From positions 42,911 to 106,910 of the forward strand of contig JBBTRI010000001.1 in NCBI GenBank assembly GCA_038065255.1: DNA of 64,000 bases. The letters run 5' to 3'. Under the pieces are notes generated by a model that was given only the letters and a program-made list of their open reading frames with translations, searched no databases and was not told the origin of the DNA. This stretch comes from Patescibacteria group bacterium (GTDB lineage: Bacteria; Patescibacteriota; Patescibacteriia; JACQRZ01). The translations under genes and the position numbers were made by a program. Of this stretch, positions 22,699 to 32,393 are shown piece by piece. Within the stretch, counting starts at the first letter, position 1. Each line of letters begins with the position of its first letter.

Positions 22699-23295
22699 TT
22701 GGTACATATGGGAACAATAGAAGTGATTGCAGGCTGCATGTTTTCCGGGAAAAGCGAAGAGCTGATTAGGCGCTTGAAACGCTGCATGATCTCCCGCAAA
22801 AAAGTGCTTGTATTCAAACATACCATAGATGAGCGATGGAACAGAAGCGAAGAATTGGTTAGCAGGAATGGTGCATCGTTGACAGCAATTCGTACTCATG
22901 AACCATCATATATACTTGCACGTTCAGAAGAAATGGATATTGTCGGCATCGATGAAGCACATTTCTATGACAAATCGCTTATTGGTGTCATTGAAGCGCT
23001 TCGCCAAAATAGCATTTCGGTAATTATTACAGGTCTTGATATGGATTTTCGCGGTGAGCCATTCGGTATTGTACCGCAGCTCATGGCGATTGCAGACCGA
23101 GTAGATAAGCTTGATGCTGTGTGTATGCTATGTGGAGAGCGTGCAACGCAATCCCAGCGGCTTGTTGATGGAAAACCGGCGCAGTATGGGAGTGAACAGC
23201 TTGTTGTGGGAGATGAGGAATACCAGGCACGCTGCCGCAAATGCCACGAAGTTCCCGGCAGAGAGCAGCTGCGGTTAATTGCCGAGCAGTATTGA
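22699..23295 (+). CDS. tdk: Thymidine kinase
   Basis: P-loop GCMFSGKSEEL, VIGIDEAHF, and C-terminal zinc ribbon CMLCG...CRKCH. Confidence 0.9.
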   Translation: MVHMGTIEVIAGCMFSGKSEELIRRLKRCMISRKKVLVFKHTIDERWNRSEELVSRNGASLTAIRTHEPSYILARSEEMDIVGIDEAHFYDKSLIGVIEALRQNSISVIITGLDMDFRGEPFGIVPQLMAIADRVDKLDAVCMLCGERATQSQRLVDGKPAQYGSEQLVVGDEEYQARCRKCHEVPGREQLRLIAEQY

Positions 23296-23332
23296 CAAAA
23301 TATGTTTTTCGCGCTATTCTAATGCTAGGTAA

Positions 23333-23575
23333 ATGATAATGTACGCAGATACCGGATATGGTTATCGTGATTGGGGTTATAATGAACCTTGCGCACCGTA
23401 CATCCCTGATTGTTCGCACATTCATACGCAGATACCCGGAGCTGTCCGAGTGGAGGAAAATAAGGAAGGCCCCTTTGCTTATATAGCCTATGTGAATGAA
23501 ATACAGTATCTAAATGGTCCTGAAGAAATTAACGGACAGCATATAATCTACCGTCTTATACCAGCCCGAATCTAG
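23333..23575 (+). CDS. Small hypothetical protein (80 aa)
   Basis: Intergenic ORF between tdk and mnmA; no motif recognised. Confidence 0.2.
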   Translation: MIMYADTGYGYRDWGYNEPCAPYIPDCSHIHTQIPGAVRVEENKEGPFAYIAYVNEIQYLNGPEEINGQHIIYRLIPARI

Positions 23576-23585
23576 GGCTTTTTTT

Positions 23586-24701
23586 ATGCCGCATAAAGGA
23601 AAAAAAGTTTTCGTCGCTCTGTCGGGCGGAGTTGATTCTGCCGTAGCAGCGCTTTTACTAAAACAACAGGGATTTAACGTGCGTGCCGTATTTATGCGTG
23701 AGTTTGATTATGTAGATATAGTGCCAAAAAGTTCTGCATTGCTATCCTGTGCCCAAGAAGACGATCGGCTTTCAGCTCAGGCGGTTGCAGAGCACTTGAG
23801 TATCCCCTTTGAAGCGTGGGATTTTCGAAAAGAATATTTTGACCATGTCGTTCAGTATTTGTTTGACGGCTACAAAAAGGGCATAACGCCAAATCCGGAT
23901 ATCATGTGTAATACGCATGTAAAGTTTGGAGCTTTTTTGAAGCGTGCTCGAAAAGAAGGAGCAGCCACTATTGCTACCGGCCACTACGTTATAAAAAAGA
24001 GCACACGAGAAGGTTTCCAGCTTCATATCGCAAAAGACCGAAATAAAGATCAATCGTATTTTCTCTATGGACTCATGCAACAGCAGTTGAATCGAAGTCT
24101 GTTTCCTCTTGGAAATCTTCTCAAGTCTGAAGTGCGTGACCTCGCCAAAAAAGCAAAGCTGCCAAATTGGGATCGTAAAGACAGTCAGGGCATTTGTTTT
24201 GTAGGTAAGGTGGCAATGAAGGATTTTCTCAAAGATGCCGTCCGTACTAAGAAAGGGGCGCTTCTTACATGTGATGGCCAACAGGTGGGGACACACGATG
24301 GAGCAGAGTATTATACGATAGGGCAGCGGCATGGGCTTGGATTCGGCGGTGGAGCAGATGCCTATTATGTTGTTGGGAAAGATATTAAACAAAATGTCGT
24401 ATATGTGGGACACCAGAATGACTCCGCGCTGTATAAAAAAGAGTTGATATGCAAGGCTATTCATTGGATTGGCGCAGCGCCGAAGCTGCCATGCATTGTG
24501 CTTGCACGCATTCGCTACCGTCAGCCATTGCAACGATGCAGAGTGCAGATCGGTAGTAAAAGGGGTACATTGCATATAGTATTCTTTTCCAAACAGCGCG
24601 CCGTGACTTCCGGACAGGCAATTGTGTTTTATAGGGGGAGTGCTATGCTGGGCGGAGGAATTATAACAACAACTCCTGCCGTTGACACATTTCTTCGTTG
24701 A
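23586..24701 (+). CDS. mnmA: tRNA 2-thiouridylase MnmA
   Basis: PP-loop VALSGGVDSAV, catalytic Cys region, C-terminal beta-barrel. Confidence 0.9.
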   Translation: MPHKGKKVFVALSGGVDSAVAALLLKQQGFNVRAVFMREFDYVDIVPKSSALLSCAQEDDRLSAQAVAEHLSIPFEAWDFRKEYFDHVVQYLFDGYKKGITPNPDIMCNTHVKFGAFLKRARKEGAATIATGHYVIKKSTREGFQLHIAKDRNKDQSYFLYGLMQQQLNRSLFPLGNLLKSEVRDLAKKAKLPNWDRKDSQGICFVGKVAMKDFLKDAVRTKKGALLTCDGQQVGTHDGAEYYTIGQRHGLGFGGGADAYYVVGKDIKQNVVYVGHQNDSALYKKELICKAIHWIGAAPKLPCIVLARIRYRQPLQRCRVQIGSKRGTLHIVFFSKQRAVTSGQAIVFYRGSAMLGGGIITTTPAVDTFLR

Positions 24702-24822
24702 TTGTTCCAGTGCTCGACGGCGTATAGGCTCATACGCCTTTCTCCACGCTTCACAATCGCTTCGAACTGCACTCAACAGCAGAAGTTGTATTGTGAAAAA
24801 GGCTTCTAGTCATTAATGTAAT

Positions 24823-25257
24823 ATGTCGTGTCGGTTTTGCACAATCATCAATGATGAAACAGAACATATTGTTGCGTATCGCGAACATTGTTTTGTGCTG
24901 CTGAGTAATCCTCGTCTTGTGCCTGGACATCTTCTGATTATTCCTCGCCGCCACGTTGAAAAGCCATCGGAGCTTAACCAAGAAGAGCGAACAAATTTTT
25001 TTGATACAGCACTTGAGTTTCAAGATTATATTCTTGGCTATGTGGCATCGGGATGCGACATGCGTCAGCACTGCAAACCTTTTTTACCGGAATCACTACT
25101 GAAAGTAAATCACGTACATGCCCACCTGCTTCCAAGAGAATTTCAAGACGAACTCTATCTCCAATCACAAAAAGATGATGAACATTTTACTGAATTGAGT
25201 GAAAAAGAGCGAGAACATTTTCTGATACTGTTTCGGGATAAGAAGCGGGGCGCGTGA
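24823..25257 (+). CDS. HIT-family nucleotide hydrolase/transferase
   Basis: N-terminal CRFC zinc-like motif and histidine triad NHVHAHLLP. Confidence 0.8.
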   Translation: MSCRFCTIINDETEHIVAYREHCFVLLSNPRLVPGHLLIIPRRHVEKPSELNQEERTNFFDTALEFQDYILGYVASGCDMRQHCKPFLPESLLKVNHVHAHLLPREFQDELYLQSQKDDEHFTELSEKEREHFLILFRDKKRGA

Positions 25258-25295
25258 ATTTGACGAATAAGAATTTTTTTGAAACACTTATCTAT

Positions 25296-25547
25296 ATGAA
25301 TTACGATACATCGTTACGCTATACAGCCTATTTTCAACCCACTGAAGAAGGAGGATATGTTGTAACTGTTCCCGCTCTTCCCGGGTGTGTAAGTCAGGGT
25401 AATACATTTGAAGAAGCAAGGGCAAATATAGCAGATGCAATCAATGGATATTTACGCATACTTGCAGAAGACGGGGATGAAATTCCGATTGAAAAAGAAT
25501 ACGTTGCTGCGCATGTGAGTGTTGTTTCGCCAAAGACATTTGAATAG
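25296..25547 (+). CDS. hicB: HicB-family antitoxin
   Basis: YTAYFQPTEEGGYVVTVPALPGCVSQGNTFEEARANIADAI, the UPF0150/HicB N-domain. An internal Met is preferred over the track start at 25254. Confidence 0.65.
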   Translation: MNYDTSLRYTAYFQPTEEGGYVVTVPALPGCVSQGNTFEEARANIADAINGYLRILAEDGDEIPIEKEYVAAHVSVVSPKTFE

Positions 25548-25555
25548 CTACGCGT

Positions 25556-25783
25556 GTGTCGTACCGCATGCCGCAAGTCAAACCTCTTGAATGTATCCGA
25601 GCGCTTGAAAGGCTTGGATTTGTTGTGCGCCATCAGTCTGGCAGTCATGTAATCTTACGTCATCAAAAGACTGGAAAAATTACTTCAGTTCCCCATCACT
25701 CTGGCGATTTGAAACGGCCATTATTGATGGCAATCATTAAGCAATCAGGATTTTCACAGGAAGAATTTTTAAATGTGTTATGA
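25556..25783 (+). CDS. hicA: HicA mRNA-interferase toxin
   Basis: 75 aa. LERLGFVVRHQSGSHVILRH...IKQSG matches the YcfA/HicA fold signature. Confidence 0.75.
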   Translation: MSYRMPQVKPLECIRALERLGFVVRHQSGSHVILRHQKTGKITSVPHHSGDLKRPLLMAIIKQSGFSQEEFLNVL

Positions 25784-27534
25784 CTTCAAACGAAATACGA
25801 AAAGCATTCACAGAATTTTTTAACGAGAGTGGGCATACAATTGTGCCTTCTTCGTCATTGATACCGGATGACCCATCGGTGCTTTTGACGACAGCCGGCA
25901 TGCAGCAGTTTAAAAAGTATTATACCGGCGAAGCGGATGCGCAAGCTGATTTCGGCTCGCTGAATACCGTTTCGATTCAAAAAAGCTTCCGCACATCAGA
26001 TATCGACGAAGTGGGGGATGAGTCCCATCTCACGTTTTTCGAAATGCTCGGTAATTTTTCGTTCGGCGGGTATTTCAAAAAAGAGGCAATTGTTTTTGCG
26101 CATGAGTTTATAACAAACGTGATGAGATTAACAATTTCATATGTAACCATCTTTGAGGGAAGCGCACATGTGCCCAAAGACGAGGAATCTCGGGCGCTTT
26201 GGCAGGAACTTGGCGTTGCAGACATCCGGGAAGAGGGAATGGATGATGTATTTTGGGGTCCGACAGGATCTTCGGGTCCCTGTGGGCCGACAACGGAAGT
26301 CTACTGCACCAATGCCCAAGGGAAGGATATTGAAATATGGAATATCGTATTCAATCAGTTCTTGTGCAGCGGTTCTCGGGAGGAGCTTGCTTCCGGCACA
26401 GCGCAACTATCGCAGCTCGAAACGCCAGGCATTGATACCGGGATGGGCCTTGAGCGTCTTGCCATGATTTCCCAACAAACACAGACTATTTTTGAGACAG
26501 ATTTATTTGCGCCGCTTATGGAGCTTATACCGAGCAGTCTTGATGAGAGAACGCGGCGGATTGCCGCTGATCATTGCCGTGCGGTTGTTTTTCTCTTGTG
26601 CGATGGAGTTCGTCCGTCCAATAAGGAGCGTGGATATATCTTACGCCGCTTGATGCGCAGAGTTATAGTGCACGAGCATCAATCTCGCGAAGCTCTTTTT
26701 AACGCCCTCCATGTTCTGTTGAAGGTTGTTGATCTCTATGCTCCGTGGTACGGAGAACTTGCAAAAGCAATCGTACAAGAAGAATTTTCCAAGGAAAAAG
26801 AAAAGTTTCTCAAAACATTAAAGTCAGGCCTTAAAGAATTGAACAAGCTAGAAATAATAGATGCTGTTACAGCATTTAAACTCTATGAAAGCTATGGCTT
26901 GCCGTATGAAATTATCAAAGAAATCGGCGGTCCTAAGGCGGCCCACCTTACTCGAGATTGTTTTGATGCGGCATTCAAGAAACACCAAGAGATTTCTCGG
27001 GCAGGGCTTGAAAAGAAGTTTGGGGGGCACGGCCTTCTTCTTGATACCGGTGAATTGAAAGCGTCGGATGAGCGTGAACTGCACATTGTTACCCGTCTTC
27101 ACACGGCTACCCACCTCCTACACAAGGCATTGCGCGATGTATTAGGTTCCGATGTCCATCAGCAAGGGTCCGATATTACCGTTGAGCGGACTCGCTTTGA
27201 TTTCACCTTTGGACGAAAGCTCACACCGCAAGAACTAGAGCGTATTGAGAGTATTGTGAATGATGCCGTGCGCCAAGATTTATCCGTACAGTTTGTTGAA
27301 TTACCCATAGACCAAGCAAGGGCGACAGGCGCACTGCATTTTTTTAAAGAAAAATATCCGGATCGCGTGAAGGTGTACTATGTCGGCCCCACACTTGAAC
27401 AAGCGTTTTCAAAGGAGTTCTGTGGCGGGCCCCATGTGGCACAAACGGGAGAAATTGGACATATAACCATTGTCAAAGAAGAGGCGTGCAGTGCCGGTGT
27501 GCGGCGCATCCGGGCTGTTGTTGATGTACAATAA
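25780..27534 (+). CDS. alaS: Alanine--tRNA ligase, short form lacking the C-Ala domain
   Basis: AlaRS N-terminal catalytic motifs (LLTTAGMQQFK), editing-domain HTATHLLHKAL and CGGPHV. Only 584 aa. Confidence 0.85.
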   Translation: MTSNEIRKAFTEFFNESGHTIVPSSSLIPDDPSVLLTTAGMQQFKKYYTGEADAQADFGSLNTVSIQKSFRTSDIDEVGDESHLTFFEMLGNFSFGGYFKKEAIVFAHEFITNVMRLTISYVTIFEGSAHVPKDEESRALWQELGVADIREEGMDDVFWGPTGSSGPCGPTTEVYCTNAQGKDIEIWNIVFNQFLCSGSREELASGTAQLSQLETPGIDTGMGLERLAMISQQTQTIFETDLFAPLMELIPSSLDERTRRIAADHCRAVVFLLCDGVRPSNKERGYILRRLMRRVIVHEHQSREALFNALHVLLKVVDLYAPWYGELAKAIVQEEFSKEKEKFLKTLKSGLKELNKLEIIDAVTAFKLYESYGLPYEIIKEIGGPKAAHLTRDCFDAAFKKHQEISRAGLEKKFGGHGLLLDTGELKASDERELHIVTRLHTATHLLHKALRDVLGSDVHQQGSDITVERTRFDFTFGRKLTPQELERIESIVNDAVRQDLSVQFVELPIDQARATGALHFFKEKYPDRVKVYYVGPTLEQAFSKEFCGGPHVAQTGEIGHITIVKEEACSAGVRRIRAVVDVQ

Positions 27535-28186
27535 CAGTGAATTCTCCTCGAGGGCCTTCCTGTTCAAGCTTTTTTCTGACATCAGAGATTATTCCGCGGT
27601 AGATTGTTTCATGAATTTTTGTGAGCTCTCGGCCAACGATTGTATAGGAGGTGGGAAGTACGGCTTCAATCGACAGAAGAGTTTTGATAATGCGATGCGG
27701 TGATTCAAAGAGCACGACCGGTTCTTCACTTCGTGCCATTTTTTCAAAAAATGATTTCCGTTTCTTTTTGTGTGGCGGAAATCCCATGAACAAAAATGAA
27801 TTCATGGGAATACCTGCAACCGATGCAAGGGTGCTCACAGCGGATGCGCCGGGAATGGGAATGATTTCCAAGCCGGGTCCGCAGTGGCTGATAAGGGTTG
27901 CTATGAGCTCGTTGCCGGGATCAGATACTCCTGGGGTGCCCGCATCTGTCAATAGCGCAAGCACCGACCCGCTCTGCACCATGTGGATAATCTTATCAAT
28001 AACAGCGGTTTTACTATGCTGGTGATAAGAAAGAGTTGGAGTGAGTATGCCATAATGACGCAAAAGTTTACTTGTCGTTCGCGTGTCTTCACAGAGGATG
28101 AAATTGGCCGTTTTGAGGATTGATATGGCTCGAAATGTTATATCCTCAAGGTTTCCGATGGGGCTTGCAATACTATATATTTTCAT
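27473..28186 (-). CDS. rsmI: 16S rRNA 2'-O-methyltransferase RsmI
   Basis: MKIYSIASPIGNLEDITFRAISILKTANFILCEDTR, the tetrapyrrole-methylase family. The start is set at an internal Met, and the 3' end overlaps alaS by 62 nt. Confidence 0.8.
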   Translation of the reverse strand: MKIYSIASPIGNLEDITFRAISILKTANFILCEDTRTTSKLLRHYGILTPTLSYHQHSKTAVIDKIIHMVQSGSVLALLTDAGTPGVSDPGNELIATLISHCGPGLEIIPIPGASAVSTLASVAGIPMNSFLFMGFPPHKKKRKSFFEKMARSEEPVVLFESPHRIIKTLLSIEAVLPTSYTIVGRELTKIHETIYRGIISDVRKKLEQEGPRGEFTVIVHQQQPGCAAHRHCTPLL

Positions 28187-28369
28187 ATGCATATAATCAT
28201 AGCGCATTAAACGGGTATGTAAAACCTTTACAGGGAGCATATTCTTTGATACTATTGACACTATTGGAAAAAGAGGGTAGAGTGGAGCAGGTAAGTAGAT
28301 GGCGAAAACCATATCACTCTTTTGGCTAGTGGAGAGCGATTTTTTCTTTATTTTTAGACAGGACTGTTC

Positions 28370-28600
28370 ATGAGCGAAACAACTGCCGAGAGCAAGGCGT
28401 TTATCGAAGCTGAAGGCGAGGTAATCGAACTATTGCCTGCCGCAAGCTTCCGCGTACGCCTTGACAATGGCCATGAAATATTGGCTCATTTGTCTGGTAA
28501 GATGCGCATGCATCGCATACGGTTGCTTCCGAGTGACAGAGTTAAAGTACAGATGACGCCCTACGACTTAACGAAGGGACGTGTTATTTTTCGCTTTTAA
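28370..28600 (+). CDS. infA: Translation initiation factor IF-1
   Basis: [32 protein letters not shown]...[13 protein letters not shown], the S1-like fold. Confidence 0.9.
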   Translation: MSETTAESKAFIEAEGEVIELLPAASFRVRLDNGHEILAHLSGKMRMHRIRLLPSDRVKVQMTPYDLTKGRVIFRF

Positions 28601-28607
28601 GCCCCCT

Positions 28608-28721
28608 ATGAAGGTCCGATCATCAGTAAAAAAAATTTGTTTGAAATGCAAAACCATCCGTAGAAACAAGCGTGTGATGGTGATTTGTGAAAATCCAAAA
28701 CATAAACAGCGCCAAGGCTAA
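28608..28721 (+). CDS. rpmJ: 50S ribosomal protein L36 (37 aa, absent from the ORF track)
   Basis: My own translation is [37 protein letters not shown]. Confidence 0.85.
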   Translation: MKVRSSVKKICLKCKTIRRNKRVMVICENPKHKQRQG

Positions 28722-28724
28722 TAT

Positions 28725-29114
28725 ATGGCATTACGTATTGCAGGCTATGTCCTGCCTCAGCAGAAAAAAATAGAGTATGCATTGCCGTATTTGTACGGCA
28801 TAGGCTTGACATCCGCACGCAAGGTGCTTCAGACTGTTGGTGTAGATGGACAAAAACGCACCAAAGACCTCACCGAAAGCGAATGCAACAAATTGCGAGA
28901 ATATATCGAGAAACATTTCCGTGTTGAAGGCGATTTGCGGAGAGAAGTCCAGACAAATATCAAACACCACAAAGAAATCGGCGATTATCGCGGCAGCAGG
29001 CATAGTAAAAAATTGCCTGTTCACGGCCAGAGGACAAAAACAAATTCCCGAACCGTTCGCGGCAATAAGCGAGTGACTATGATGTCGGGTAAACGTATCG
29101 CAACCAAAACATAA
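28725..29114 (+). CDS. rpsM: 30S ribosomal protein S13
   Basis: MALRIAGYVLPQQKKIEYALPYLYGIG... Confidence 0.95.
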   Translation: MALRIAGYVLPQQKKIEYALPYLYGIGLTSARKVLQTVGVDGQKRTKDLTESECNKLREYIEKHFRVEGDLRREVQTNIKHHKEIGDYRGSRHSKKLPVHGQRTKTNSRTVRGNKRVTMMSGKRIATKT

Positions 29115-29122
29115 TTGAGCCT

Positions 29123-29590
29123 ATGTCTGATCAAACATCACAACTATTCGGAGATCTTGGCGTTGAATCTGCGCCGATAGAAAAGGTTGAAAAAAAAGAA
29201 GGTTCCGGTGTAAAAAAGAAAAGCAAAAAGAAGGTATACCGTTCTATTCCTGTTGGAGCTGTGCATATCAAAGCAACATTCAATAATACGATAGTCACTG
29301 TGACCGATGCGCATGGCAATGTGCTTGGCTGGGCTTCAGCGGGCGGTTGTGGTTTCCGAGGGCCCAAAAAGGCCACACCCTATGCTGCAAGCGTGATTGT
29401 TAAGCAGGTTATGGAACGCGTAAAACCCTATGGACTCACTGATGCTTCAGTATTTGTAAAAGGTGTCGGCTCTGGCAGAGAAGCGGCCGTTCGTGCATTG
29501 AATGCCAACGGTATCAATGTTATTGCACTCAAAGATGTAACTCCTATTCCTCATAATGGATGCCGCGCTCCTCGCGTACGAAGAGTCTAG
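29123..29590 (+). CDS. rpsK: 30S ribosomal protein S11 (N-terminally extended)
   Basis: AVHIKATFNNTIVTVTD...GFRGPKKATPYAA. About 25 extra K-rich residues at the N-terminus. Confidence 0.95.
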   Translation: MSDQTSQLFGDLGVESAPIEKVEKKEGSGVKKKSKKKVYRSIPVGAVHIKATFNNTIVTVTDAHGNVLGWASAGGCGFRGPKKATPYAASVIVKQVMERVKPYGLTDASVFVKGVGSGREAAVRALNANGINVIALKDVTPIPHNGCRAPRVRRV

Positions 29591-29608
29591 TAGGCACTAC
29601 AAGAATAT

Positions 29609-30241
29609 ATGTCACGCATACTTGATAAATGCAGATTATGTCGCCGAGCAGGAACAAAGCTCTACTTGAAGGGTGATCGTTGCTATACCCCCAAGTGCGC
29701 TATTGTAAAGCGAAATTATGCCCCAGGCATGATTAGCACCAAAAAGAAGGGAAAATCCCGCTTAACGCCATACGGCATTCAGCTCCGAGAAAAGCAAAAG
29801 GCACGATTCTACTATGGCATTACCGAAAAGCAAATGAGCAATTATTTTAATCGCGCAAGCCGTTCATTGGGCAATTCCGGAGAAATTTTTATGCAGCTGT
29901 TAGAAACGCGCTTGGATAATGTTGTGTATCGCTTGGGATGGGCGAGCTCGCATCAAAAAGCGCGCCAACTTGTGAATCACGGCCACATTATCGTAGATGG
30001 TAAGAAAGTCACCATTCCATCTTATCGCGTAAAAGCAGGACAATCGATCGGTGTCAGACAGGCATCTCAACCGGGCAAAATGTTCCAAGAGGTGATGCCT
30101 GTGCTCGAAAAAGTGCAAGTGCCAGGGTGGATCCATTCGGAGAAGAAGTCTCTTGAGGGAAAAGTTGTCGGTATGCCGACACTTACTGAAGTGAACCCAC
30201 TCTACGATGTCCGTCTTATTACAGAATATTATTCACGTTAA
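29609..30241 (+). CDS. rpsD: 30S ribosomal protein S4
   Basis: CRLCRR...LETRLDNVVYRLGWASSHQKARQLVNHGHI, with the S4 domain. Confidence 0.95.
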   Translation: MSRILDKCRLCRRAGTKLYLKGDRCYTPKCAIVKRNYAPGMISTKKKGKSRLTPYGIQLREKQKARFYYGITEKQMSNYFNRASRSLGNSGEIFMQLLETRLDNVVYRLGWASSHQKARQLVNHGHIIVDGKKVTIPSYRVKAGQSIGVRQASQPGKMFQEVMPVLEKVQVPGWIHSEKKSLEGKVVGMPTLTEVNPLYDVRLITEYYSR

Positions 30242-30265
30242 TTACTCGCTCATTATTTTTTCTTT

Positions 30266-31105
30266 ATGGAGCTTATTCCTTTACCAACCAAGCTTGAATA
30301 TACTCCCGGGAGTAAACCCAACGAGACTATTCTTACCATTGAACCGCTCTATCCGGGGTATGGCATTACACTTGGTATTGCAATGCGCCGCGTTCTTCTT
30401 TCATCGCTTGAAGGGGGCGCTATTGTTGCCGTTAAAATTAAGGGTGTAACGCACGAATTTTCAACATTACCGTATGTTAAGGAGGATGTTGTAGATCTTA
30501 TCCTCAATCTGAAACAATTGCGTTTTAAGGTGCATACCGATGAAACAGTAAAGCTAACGCTTAAAGCAAAAGGCGAAAAACAAGTGACTGCCGCAGATAT
30601 TGAACCAACGCAAGACGTAGAAATTGCGAATCCCGGCGACGCTATCTGTTCACTAACAAATAAAAACGCTCAGCTTGAAATGGATTTGTTCGTGCGCAAG
30701 GGCCGCGGTTATTTGCCGACTGAAGCGCGTGAAAAAGAAAAGGAAGACATTGGCACTATTACCGTTGATGCGATTTTTACGCCCATTCGAAATGTCGGAG
30801 TGCGTGTGGAAAATGTCCGTGTGGGTCAGATGACGACCTATAATAAAATAGTCCTTGCGATCGAAACAGATGGCAGTATCAGTGCCGAAGATGCCGTGAA
30901 GCAAGCTGCTTCCGTACTTGTTGAACAATTTCAATTCTTACTTGGCAAACAAGAAGAAGCGGCATCAGAAGAAGGTGGTGAGAATGTCGAAGAACAGCCT
31001 GAATTTTCTGATCTTTCCGAGAATCATGCAGATGAGGAAGTTGTTAGTTCTGAAGAAGAAATTAAAGAACCAAAAAAAAGAGGCCGTCCCCGCAAAGGTC
31101 TCTAA
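30266..31105 (+). CDS. rpoA: RNA polymerase alpha subunit (N-terminal domain plus acidic linker and AT-hook-like tail; no canonical alpha-CTD)
   Basis: alpha-NTD motifs (PLYPGYGITLG, LRRVLLSS). Only 279 aa. Ends in an acidic stretch, then KKRGRPRKGL. Confidence 0.85.
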   Translation: MELIPLPTKLEYTPGSKPNETILTIEPLYPGYGITLGIAMRRVLLSSLEGGAIVAVKIKGVTHEFSTLPYVKEDVVDLILNLKQLRFKVHTDETVKLTLKAKGEKQVTAADIEPTQDVEIANPGDAICSLTNKNAQLEMDLFVRKGRGYLPTEAREKEKEDIGTITVDAIFTPIRNVGVRVENVRVGQMTTYNKIVLAIETDGSISAEDAVKQAASVLVEQFQFLLGKQEEAASEEGGENVEEQPEFSDLSENHADEEVVSSEEEIKEPKKRGRPRKGL

Positions 31106-31108
31106 CTC

Positions 31109-31465
31109 ATGAGTATGCGTCACCGAAGCACCAAAAAAACACTCGATCGAAAAGCGTCAGCTCGCAAAGCGCTGTTGCGCATCCTGGCATCGCAGCTGAT
31201 TCTGTATGAAAAGATTCAGACAACCGAGGCCAAGGCAAAAGCACTAAGGCCGTTTGTTGAACGGTTGATTACGCATAGTAGAGTCGGCACATTAGCTGCC
31301 AGGCGCTATCTCATGAAGTATTTAACTGTTGAAAATGCGGTTAAGAAATTATTGGAGGATATCGGTCCCCGCTACAAGGAGCGCCCGGGCGGATATACCC
31401 GCATAATAAAAATAGGCCAACGCCAGGGGGATGCTGCCCATGTTGCGCGCATCGAACTTGTCTAA
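31109..31465 (+). CDS. rplQ: 50S ribosomal protein L17
   Basis: MRHRSTKK...LASQLILYEKIQTTEAKAKALRPFVERLIT. Confidence 0.9.
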   Translation: MSMRHRSTKKTLDRKASARKALLRILASQLILYEKIQTTEAKAKALRPFVERLITHSRVGTLAARRYLMKYLTVENAVKKLLEDIGPRYKERPGGYTRIIKIGQRQGDAAHVARIELV

Positions 31466-31469
31466 ATCT

Positions 31470-31853
31470 ATGAAAAAAAGCGTAACAAAAAAACCAACTC
31501 TCAAAGAGAGAAAAACGCACACTTTTGATGCAAGCGGCCAAGTGCTTGGGCGGTTAGCCACACGCATTGCAACATTGCTGCGCGGCAAACACAAAGTGAG
31601 CTATCAGCCCCATATTGACGGCGGCGATTTTGTTGTTGTGACAAATGCTAAACAGGTAAAAATCACAGGTTTAAAACTGGAGCAAAAAAAATATTATCAC
31701 TATTCCGGATATCCGGGAGGCATGAAAGTTAAACAGCTCGGTCACATGATGGAAAAAGACCCTTCCGATGTTCTGCGCCGTGTTGTGTATCAAATGCTTC
31801 CTCCCACACGTTTGCGGAAGGGCATGATAAATCGTCTCACTATCCAATCCTAA
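31470..31853 (+). CDS. rplM: 50S ribosomal protein L13
   Basis: TFDASGQVLGRLATRIATLLRGKHK. An internal start is chosen just after the rplQ stop. Confidence 0.9.
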   Translation: MKKSVTKKPTLKERKTHTFDASGQVLGRLATRIATLLRGKHKVSYQPHIDGGDFVVVTNAKQVKITGLKLEQKKYYHYSGYPGGMKVKQLGHMMEKDPSDVLRRVVYQMLPPTRLRKGMINRLTIQS

Positions 31854-31862
31854 TGAACCTCT

Positions 31863-32345
31863 ATGGTAGAAGCAAAACCAAAATCATCGATTAAAAAAGC
31901 TGCTGCTCCGAAAGTTTCTCGAGTAAAAAAAGAACCTGTTGCGCCAGTGGCTTCCTCATCTGTTCAGTATCGAGCGGTGGGCAGGCGGAAGGAAGCCATT
32001 GCACGCGTGAGAATCACGGAAGGAACAGGACAATTTGTTGTAAATCAGAAGCCCGTTGAACTCTATTTTCCTTCATTTGTTATGTTGCAAACAGTTCAAG
32101 CGCCCCTTATTCAAACAAATACAAAAGATTCACTTGATATATCGGTAAAAGTTCTAGGCGGAGGATTTCGAGGTCAAGCAGATGCCGTACGGCACGGTAT
32201 TGCCAGAGCATTGTTGCTCATGAACGAAGATTTTCGTAAAACACTTCGAAGTCTCGGCTTCCTTACGCGGGATCCTCGTATTAAGGAGCGGAAAAAGCCC
32301 GGACTCAAACGTGCTCGCCGCGCACCCCAATTCTCAAAACGATAA
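31863..32345 (+). CDS. rpsI: 30S ribosomal protein S9 (N-terminally extended)
   Basis: ...GGGFRGQADAVRHGIARALL...RDPRIKERKKPGLKRARRAPQFSKR. Confidence 0.9.
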   Translation: MVEAKPKSSIKKAAAPKVSRVKKEPVAPVASSSVQYRAVGRRKEAIARVRITEGTGQFVVNQKPVELYFPSFVMLQTVQAPLIQTNTKDSLDISVKVLGGGFRGQADAVRHGIARALLLMNEDFRKTLRSLGFLTRDPRIKERKKPGLKRARRAPQFSKR

Positions 32346-32393
32346 AGCAAAAAAGAGCCTCGCATTCAGAGGCTCTTTTGGTATAATGGAGGT

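Noticed and set aside
23772-24776. 334-aa minus-strand ORF
   Set aside because: It lies entirely antisense to the well-supported mnmA and carries no motif. It is a typical shadow ORF.
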